Origin: a virus
Direction: 5' to 3' (one strand)
Virus record (IMG/VR): IMGVR_UViG_3300045988_071280
Length of the DNA: 64,000 nucleotides
Shown here: piece by piece, positions 57,055 through 64,000 of the stretch
Layout: each line of letters begins with the position of its first letter
Numbering within the stretch: position 1 is the first letter of the stretch
Program-made: the position numbers and the translations under genes
The notes under the pieces: generated by a model
Databases searched by the model: none
What the model saw: only the letters and a program-made list of their open reading frames with translations
Told to the model about the DNA's origin: nothing

Positions 57055-57588
57055 ATGGGCTTCGTTTATTTATGTGATACAAAGAAATCAGATACAATTG
57101 AAATAGATTATAACTGGTTAGAATCAAATCCTTCTTTCTACTCCTTACTCTGGAAATGTATAGATAGTGATGAAACAACAAATTCAATACGATTTGTTGC
57201 AAAGGACTTAAAATACTCTGATTATATTATTACTATAAATCCTAATAATATAAATCCTAATTTATCTTATCTGTTAAAAACTAAAGATTGGAGTATTAGC
57301 GAACTATTTTTAATAGCTACAATTCCATATTATTATCACGAAGAAAATATATTTATAATCATCTTAGCATATATTAACTCTATTATTACTAGTCTTGAGG
57401 ATTATCAATATGCTTTAGATAATTATATAGGGAAAATACAAAATAAAGAATGGATAGATTTTATGATAAATACATTAAATATTACTATAGATCCTCGAAT
57501 ATATGAATATGTAGATGCATGTACTTATATAGAAGATAATTTTAATTATGCAAGTTTTGATAACTGCTGTTATATATTTGGATATTAA
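57055..57588 (+). CDS. hypothetical protein (paralog of 56362-56913)
   Basis: See 56362-56913. Confidence 0.6.
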   Translation: MGFVYLCDTKKSDTIEIDYNWLESNPSFYSLLWKCIDSDETTNSIRFVAKDLKYSDYIITINPNNINPNLSYLLKTKDWSISELFLIATIPYYYHEENIFIIILAYINSIITSLEDYQYALDNYIGKIQNKEWIDFMINTLNITIDPRIYEYVDACTYIEDNFNYASFDNCCYIFGY

Positions 57589-57591
57589 TAC

Positions 57592-58353
57592 ATGGAAATA
57601 ACTTTAGAACAATTATTAAAAGGAAAAGCAACGCAAATAGGAAAGAAAGAATTCTATTCTACTAAAGACTACATAGATCCCTTTCTTCAATCAATGAGTA
57701 AATTTACAGATGAATTTATATGTAAAGTAAAAGAGCCAAAACAGATTAGTATTGGAGAAGAAAAAGATATAATGTATAATAGAGTTTATATTCAAGCAGT
57801 TTTACCTAAAAGCTATTGGGAGTATGAAGATCATCAGCAAGTAATATCTTTAATTTATGGATTAGATTGTAAAGTCCCAGTAGTAAAAATTTTTAGGGGA
57901 GGGATTAATATGGCGTGTTTAAATCTTTGTGTGTTTAATGCTACATATTTAAATACACAAGTATTAGAGCCACAAAAGATGTATGATGTTTCTCCTATTA
58001 AAAACCTAATGAATTTAACAGATGATTTAGGAGTTAAGATTAAAAAATTAAAGAATACATTTATATCTAGAGATAAAGTAGATATGACTAATACTCTAGG
58101 TAAATGGGTAGATTTTTGTATTAAATCTGAGTATAAAAGTGATTTTGGAAAAGCTAAATTATCCCCAACTACTGCAATATCTGCATATAAAAATTTAGTT
58201 TTAAATCCCGACTCAGAGTATTATATTCCGGAAGATGAAGAAGTTTCGTTATTTACTGCATATAATGCATTTACTGAATTATTAAGGGATGATAAAGATG
58301 TTGTCAATCCTTTTGAAAAGAATTTACTTTTAAATAATTTATTTGAAATTTAA
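57592..58353 (+). CDS. hypothetical protein
   Basis: ORF track. Confidence 0.65.
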   Translation: MEITLEQLLKGKATQIGKKEFYSTKDYIDPFLQSMSKFTDEFICKVKEPKQISIGEEKDIMYNRVYIQAVLPKSYWEYEDHQQVISLIYGLDCKVPVVKIFRGGINMACLNLCVFNATYLNTQVLEPQKMYDVSPIKNLMNLTDDLGVKIKKLKNTFISRDKVDMTNTLGKWVDFCIKSEYKSDFGKAKLSPTTAISAYKNLVLNPDSEYYIPEDEEVSLFTAYNAFTELLRDDKDVVNPFEKNLLLNNLFEI

Positions 58354-58354
58354 T

Positions 58355-61300
58355 ATGTACAATGATCAATCTAATGCTTTAGGAGAATTTATTTTTCAAT
58401 CTAAATATGCTAGATATAATTCTAATCTGAAAAGGAAAGAGACCTTTGAGGAATCTGTAGATAGAATATTACAGATGCATTTAAAACATCTTAAAGATAA
58501 ATATCCAGAAGTATTAAATAATGCAGAATTTAATAATGATTTATTAGAAGCCTTTGAGGAGTATAAAAATAAAAATGTTTATGGATCTCAGAGAGCTTTG
58601 CAATTCGGAGGTGATCCTATTTTAAGAAAGAATGAAAAAATCTTCAATTGTTCATATACTTATATAGATGATCTTGAGAGATTTAAACAAATTGAGTATT
58701 TACTATTATGTGGTTGTGGAGTGGGATGTTCTGTTGAATATAAACATGTGAATACACTTCCTGAGATGGCAGAAGTACTTAATAGTTCAGTTGAAGAGTA
58801 TATAATCGAGGATAGTATTGAAGGATGGTCAAATTCTATAGATAGACTAATTCGATATTATTTTAATTCGGATATAGCATATCCTAGATTTGATTATTCT
58901 AAAATCAGACCTAATGGAAGTTTGATATCAGGAGGATTTTTAGCTCCTGGCCCTGATGGTTTAAGAAATGCTCTAAATAAAATAGACTCTTTACTTAATA
59001 TTATTCATAAAACTACTAAAAGATTATCTCCACTTAACTGTGCTGATATATTATCACACTGTGCTGATTCTGTTCTCAGTGGTGGCGTCCGTTAGACATT
59101 GGCGGCTTATAATAGTAATATTATAATGATAATTCTGTGAATTCAGGGAATATCTTATATAGATAAGACAATCCTGATCCAAGCACTTAAATATAGTGAA
59201 GGAGCAACGACTATCCCAGACGTGGGAGTAGGGTAATATCATCTACCCGAAGCGCAGAACATCCTATTAAAGGATGATGATATAGTCTAAACTATATAGT
59301 GATATATAGAGTCTTTGCGATGTCTACGTGGAGACGATGATATAATAACTAATAAAGGATTAGTTAAATTAAAAAATATTAAAAATGGAGATTTAGTATT
59401 AACACATGATGGATCTTTTCAAAAAGTTATTAACAAGGAAAATAATGGGATTAGAAAAGTAGATAGAATAACTACGAATTTAAATATAAATTATTCTACA
59501 AATAATCATAGGTGGTTAGTATTAAATAATCTTTCTGGAGAATTTAAGGAAGTGTATGCATCAGATTTAAAAGAGGGGGATGTTTTATTATTAAATAACA
59601 GAAGTGTATCAGGAGAATATCAGGATTTTCCTAAATATACTGATTTAAAATTACCTAAATTAGATGAAGATTTAGCTTGGTTTATTGGATATTTCTTAGG
59701 GAATGGTAATGTATCTACTAGAACTAGATCTGATACTGGGTTTGAAGATAATAAATTTAGAGTTTGTATCCCAACTAATTACCCTACTATAGTTAATAAG
59801 GTAAAGAGTATCTTTGAAAAAATTGTTGGAACATATAGTATACATAAAAAGAAAAGTGCTATAGAACTTACATCAAGTAAAAAGTGTTTTGTTGAATATT
59901 TTCTAAATATCAAACAACCTAATACTCCAATCCAAATTCCGGATTTTATAAAACAGAATACATCATCTATACAATTAGCATTCTTAGCTGGAGTATTAGA
60001 TTCAGATGGAAGTGTTAGAAATGATAATAAGAATGGAAAAGGATATGGACAAATTACTTTAAATAGTTCTAAATATTCTATATTTATTACTCAACTTCAA
60101 GCTTTATACAATTTAAATGGAATTATTACTAAGACTCAAACAAAAATTAGAAAAGGAAAATCTAATGAGTATATTCTTAAAACAGTTTCATTTAAATATA
60201 GAAAAGAATGTGTAGAGAAATTAAGTCTATATTCCGAAAAGCTTAAGGAAGATTATATTTTAGAAGAAATTTCTAAAGAGAAAGACGGAATTTATTTTCC
60301 TAAATATTTAGCAATAAGAGGAGAAGGTAATAAGATTTGGAATAGTTGTAAAAGATGTTCTTTAAATAAAGTATTAGAATATTATCCAGATTTAAATTAC
60401 ATTCCTGCTGTAATTACTAATATAGAAAAGGACGTTGAAGAAGTAGAAGTATTTGATATAGAAGTAGAAAATAATCATAACTTTTATGTAAATGGAGTAC
60501 TAACACATAATTCTGCTTTAGCTATATTATTCTCTCCTAATGATGAGGAGATGTATAATTCTAAAGTAGGTAATTGGTTTTATGATAATCCTCAACGTGG
60601 AAGATATAATGCTTCTGTTGCTTTGGAGAGAAGTGATGATAATAAAGAAGTATTTAATAAAATCTTTGAATCTACTAAAGAATATGGAGAACCTGGGTTT
60701 TTCTTTAGGTCTGATTCTGGTATAGGATGTAATCCATAAAATGATGTGGCTATATATAGTGATATATATAGAAAACTAGGCTAATTCGGGGAATCTCTTA
60801 TTTAATAAGACAATCCCGAGCTAAGTGATTAAATATTTAATCTAAATGTGTAACGACTATCCTGAAAAGGAGTAGAACCAAGTGGTTCGAAATGCCTAGC
60901 GTCTTATATTAAATATATAAGATGATGATATAGTCTAATCTCTATAGTGATATAGAGGATCTTTAATTAGATCAGATAAGAAGTAACGAGCTTATCTTAA
61001 TATAATGGTTTTGAAATAGGTTTTAAACCAGTATTAGAAATACAGAAACCTGATGGAGTATCTAAACAAACTGGGATACAGTTTTGTAATTTGATCTCCA
61101 TCTCAGGTAAAGAATCCACAACAGAAGAGAAATTCTATAAACAATGTAAAGCAGCTGCTACTATTGGAACAATTCAAGCTACATATAATTCCTTCCCTTT
61201 CTTAGGTGAAGTAACAGAGCAATTAGCTAAGAATGATCCATTAATTGGAGTATCTATTAGCGGGATTATGATGAATCCTGATATATTATTAAATAAAAAT

Positions 61301-63686
61301 ATTCTACGTAAAGGAGCTGAGATTATTAAAGAGCAAAATAATAAAATAGCTAACTTACTAGGAATTAATCCTGCATCTAGGACTACTTGTATTAAGCCTA
61401 AAAATATGATTAAATAGTAGGTTTATAGTAAGACATTTTTTAATTTTGTAGTATTATAAAAAATACTTAAAATTAAAAAATATGAAATCACAATTAATAA
61501 TCAAATTAGAAAATTTAAAAAATTTAAAAACTCTTGTTGAAGAAGAACTATATTCTGCAAAGGATATATGTAACTTTCTAGAATTACCAGAAGAAAAAAA
61601 TACTATTAGAAATATTAATAGTTACTTAAGACGATATAAAATAAAGTCTCCTTATCCAAAAATAACAGATCGTAATTCTAGAATTATAGAAAAATATAAA
61701 TCAAAAGTACCTGAATGGTGGAATCATCCAAAATTAAAAACTGTAATTGAATTTAAACTAAAAAATAATTTAGTTATAAATTATGCAGATAAGGATAAAA
61801 AAATTGCTAGATATGTAATCTCTGTAAAATATCATCCAAGAGCTTCATCTGCAAATCAAGTAAAGGCTCATATTATATTATGGGAATTACATAATAAACA
61901 ATTATTTCCTGATAATTATGTAATGATTCCAAAAGACGGAAATTTTTTAAATTTAAATATTGATAATTTTGATGTAATGTCAAACGAAGAATATAGATCT
62001 ATCACAGCTACTAGTAAAAAAAATCATTTTTATACTACTGGTAGTAAATCTGGAGTATGTTATAAAGGAGGATGGAAAACTATCTCTAAAAAATTTCTTC
62101 AGACAAATACATCATGCGAAATATGTGGATGTTCAAATAAATATAAGTTAAATGTACATCATATAATTAGCTACTATTTATTTGATAAATCTAAGGATGC
62201 ACATTTTTTAGAAAACTTAATTTGTTTATGTGATTCATGTCATCAAAATCTACATTTAGGAAAATTAAACTTATTGGGCATCTTATCTGAAAAGATAAGA
62301 TTAAAACTTCTTAAATTGCTGGAAACACTTAAAGAAAAATTTAAAAATGATGATAAATTATTATTAGTAAATTTTTCAATTAAGTCAATCAGCAGCCAAG
62401 CTGATTTGAAATCAGAAGGTTCAACGACTATCTCGAAAGAGAGTACATCACAAGCTAATGGTGATGGAAATAGGAAGCATCTTAACTCAAATGAGAAAGA
62501 TGATGATATAGTCTAATCTATATGGTGACATATAGCAGTTCATAGGAGAACGTATATAAGAGTTGCGTCTTATATAGAATATATAATGGATGGAAATATA
62601 AGTACCTTAACTGGAAACACTCCTGGATGTCATGGTCAACATGCGAAAAGATATATCCGGAGAGTTCAGGTTAATAAAGAAGAAGAAGCAGGTAAAGTAT
62701 ACGCTAAATATAATCCTAAAGCAGTAGTAGAATCTGTTTGGTCTAATAATCATACTGATAATTGTATTATGTTCGCAATAGAATCGGATGATAACGTTAA
62801 AACCAAATCGGAATTATTAGGAATTAGACAATTAGAAGTAGTTAAATTACTATATAATAACTGGATTCTTCCAGGAATGGTAGATCCTACTAATCCTGTA
62901 TGTAATAATGTATCTAATACTGTTATAGTTCCAAATCAAGATTGGCATAGAGTAAAAGATTGGGTATGGAATAATAAAAACTTTATTGCTGGAGTATCAT
63001 TTATTCCTTCAACTGGAGACATTACTTTTACACAACCTCCATACTCAGAAGTATTTATTCCAGAAGAATTGGTAGAAATGTATGGAGACGGAGTAATATT
63101 TGCCTCAGGTTTAATCGTAGACGCAGAAAAAACTTTCGGAAATTTATGGAGAGCTTGCGATACATTTAATTATAAAGGGGAGAAGTTATATTCTACTGTT
63201 GAAGATGCTAAAGAATTTATTAAAGAACTTAATGTAACAGAAGATCCCTCTTATTTAAATAAACCTCATTCTGAATGGGTAAAAGCTAATTCAATTCAAT
63301 ATAATAATTGGGTTAAAGTATTATCCACATTGGGATATACAGAAGAATTTATAGATGAAATTTTAGATTCTGACATAGAAATTCCAATTGCAGAAATTCA
63401 GAAGTATTTAGATAAAACAGCATTTACTAATGTAAAAAATCTAAATGCTAAGAGAGATATAATGCGGAGAATGAAAAAATTCGGAGATACATATTTTGGA
63501 GAAGATTATAACACTATGATTGAAGCTCTTAAATATGTACAATTATATCACGATTGGTGTGATATAACTAGAAACTATACTCCTATCGACTGGACTATAG
63601 TTAAATGGAAAAAAGTACTGATCGATGCAGATACAACAGGAGCTCAGGCCTGTTCTGGAGGACAATGTGATATAACTAAAATATAA
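58355..63686 (+). CDS. nrdJ: class II (B12-type, NrdJ-like) ribonucleotide reductase: four exons (58355-59092, 59318-60737, 61008-61399, 62589-63686) plus an intein in exon 2
   Basis: N-terminus FQSKYARYNSNLKRKETFEESVDR. Splicing plus intein removal restores SGGVR|R|SALAILF, GIGCNP|CFEIGF (NPC thiyl-radical loop) and TTCIKP|DGNISTLTG. The extein total is 2457 nt, in frame. The class assignment rests on motif memory only. Confidence 0.8.
59093..59317 (+). mobile_element. ORF-less group I intron (family 1, td-like), 225 nt
   Basis: Begins after ..gtccgt| and ends ..gtctttg|cga. Contains agacaatcctgatccaagc, caacgactatcccagacgtgggagtagggt, gatgatatagtctaa and the hairpin ctatatagtgatatatag. Confidence 0.8.
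59321..60511 (+). mobile_element. intein (397 aa) with LAGLIDADG endonuclease domain
   Basis: Starts CLRGDDDIITNKG, block B TNNH, DOD motifs LAWFIGYFLGNGNV and LAFLAGVLDSDGSV, ends NFYVNGVLTHN followed by extein Ser. It sits inside the RNR motif GGVRR|SA. Confidence 0.9.
60738..61007 (+). mobile_element. ORF-less group I intron (family 1, td-like), 270 nt
   Basis: Splits the Cys codon of NPC (t|gt). Ends ..aatataatg|. Contains agacaatcccgagctaag, taacgactatcctgaaaaggagta, ttcgaaatgcctagc and gatgatatagtctaa. Confidence 0.8.
61441..61448 (+). promoter_or_regulatory. -7 box TAATTTTG inside the intron, upstream of the HEG
   Basis: Exact TAnnTTTG, 33 nt upstream of the ATG at 61482. Confidence 0.4.
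61482..62516 (+). CDS. intron-encoded HNH homing endonuclease
   Basis: CEICGCSNKYKLNVHHIISY...NLICLCDSCHQNLH is a classic HNH with a zinc-binding Cys pair. The last ~40 codons overlap the ribozyme core blocks. Confidence 0.85.
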   Translation: MKSQLIIKLENLKNLKTLVEEELYSAKDICNFLELPEEKNTIRNINSYLRRYKIKSPYPKITDRNSRIIEKYKSKVPEWWNHPKLKTVIEFKLKNNLVINYADKDKKIARYVISVKYHPRASSANQVKAHIILWELHNKQLFPDNYVMIPKDGNFLNLNIDNFDVMSNEEYRSITATSKKNHFYTTGSKSGVCYKGGWKTISKKFLQTNTSCEICGCSNKYKLNVHHIISYYLFDKSKDAHFLENLICLCDSCHQNLHLGKLNLLGILSEKIRLKLLKLLETLKEKFKNDDKLLLVNFSIKSISSQADLKSEGSTTISKESTSQANGDGNRKHLNSNEKDDDIV

Positions 63687-63693
63687 TAAGTAT

Positions 63694-63888
63694 ATGAAAT
63701 ACAGAATTACTTATACAGTATCTTGTGATTCTACATTTTATGTAGATATCGATGCAGATAATGAAAAAAAAGCAATAGATGAATTTAATTCTGGATACTG
63801 GGATTATGATGAAGACATACTTATAGACTCTTCTTGTTTAGATCCAGAAATAGAGAATATTCAAGTAGTAGATGAGGAGGATGTCTGA
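63694..63888 (+). CDS. acidic small protein, distant member of the MPYY family
   Basis: MKYRITYTVSCDSTFYVDIDADNEKKAIDEF. Confidence 0.5.
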   Translation: MKYRITYTVSCDSTFYVDIDADNEKKAIDEFNSGYWDYDEDILIDSSCLDPEIENIQVVDEEDV

Positions 63889-64000
63889 TGAAATATACTA
63901 TTCACAATTTAAACAACGGATTATATTGGGACGATACTTGTGAGTTATTTAGAACTGGAGGATTAGTTCCATTATATAATACAGAAGATGAAGCTAAAGA
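63888..64000 (+). CDS. ORF truncated by the window edge
   Basis: The ATG overlaps the previous stop (TGATG). MKYTIHNLNNGLYWDDTCELFRTGGLVPLYNTEDEAK.. stays open to the end of the window. Confidence 0.45.
   Translation, partial: MKYTIHNLNNGLYWDDTCELFRTGGLVPLYNTEDEAK

Larger units (their letters stand above)
61400..62588 (+). mobile_element. group I intron (family 1, td-like) carrying an HNH homing endonuclease
   Basis: Begins after ..aagcct| and ends ..atataatg|gatgga. The 3' core has aatcagcagccaagc, caacgactatctcgaaagagagta, gatgatatagtctaa and ctatatggtgacatatag. Confidence 0.8.

Noticed and set aside
1-64000. Alternative genetic code (stop-codon reassignment), considered because of the unusual tRNAs and the in-frame TAG at about 35040.
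   Set aside because: TAA, TGA and TAG all terminate well-supported ORFs at positions consistent with homolog lengths and with ATGA/TAATG coupling. The premature ends of the long conserved genes are all explained by introns. The single in-frame TAG replaces a Trp codon in a gene that also has frameshifts.

Overview
The window is AT-rich (my estimate is under 30% GC) and gene-dense. It looks like the early, replication and nucleotide-metabolism region of a large virulent dsDNA phage. I saw no integrase, CRISPR array or reverse transcriptase. The left end (1-8.4 kb) is mostly minus strand; it holds a plus-strand lysis-like cassette, free-standing nuclease-like genes and a repeat-rich intergenic region. 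From 8.6 kb on, everything is plus strand. A tRNA island with several odd RNA-like elements spans 9.5-14.5 kb. Dozens of small orphan genes, many in paralog families, fill 14.8-35.7 kb. A replication and nucleotide-metabolism module follows at 35.7-63.7 kb: family A DNA polymerase, DnaB-like helicase, Sak4-like ATPase, SSB-like protein, Toprim primase, deoxynucleotidase, PD-(D/E)XK nuclease, metallophosphoesterase and class II RNR. Exact TAnnTTTG boxes upstream of transcription units, together with an almost complete lack of Shine-Dalgarno sites, suggest a Bacteroidota (Flavobacteriia-like) host. The main result is the density of self-splicing elements: I reconstruct 10 group I introns in two sequence families. 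Four carry homing-endonuclease ORFs (three LAGLIDADG, one HNH). There is also one LAGLIDADG intein. Together they interrupt seven genes (ferritin-like, PolA x2, DnaB, nuclease, phosphoesterase x2, RNR x3 plus the intein), each at a catalytic motif. Secondary leads are a ~1.1 kb ORF-poor, GC-enriched region ending in a tRNA-like domain, a long-variable-arm tRNA with a CAU anticodon, and a radical-SAM-like gene beside three tandem paralogs that share an invariant N-terminal motif. Others are an NMNAT plus SLOG-like gene pair and a 9 x 27-bp in-frame repeat protein. At least ten frameshifts sit in short homopolymers, so they look like sequencing artefacts. All coordinates, folds and motif matches come from reading the sequence by eye; no database search was run.
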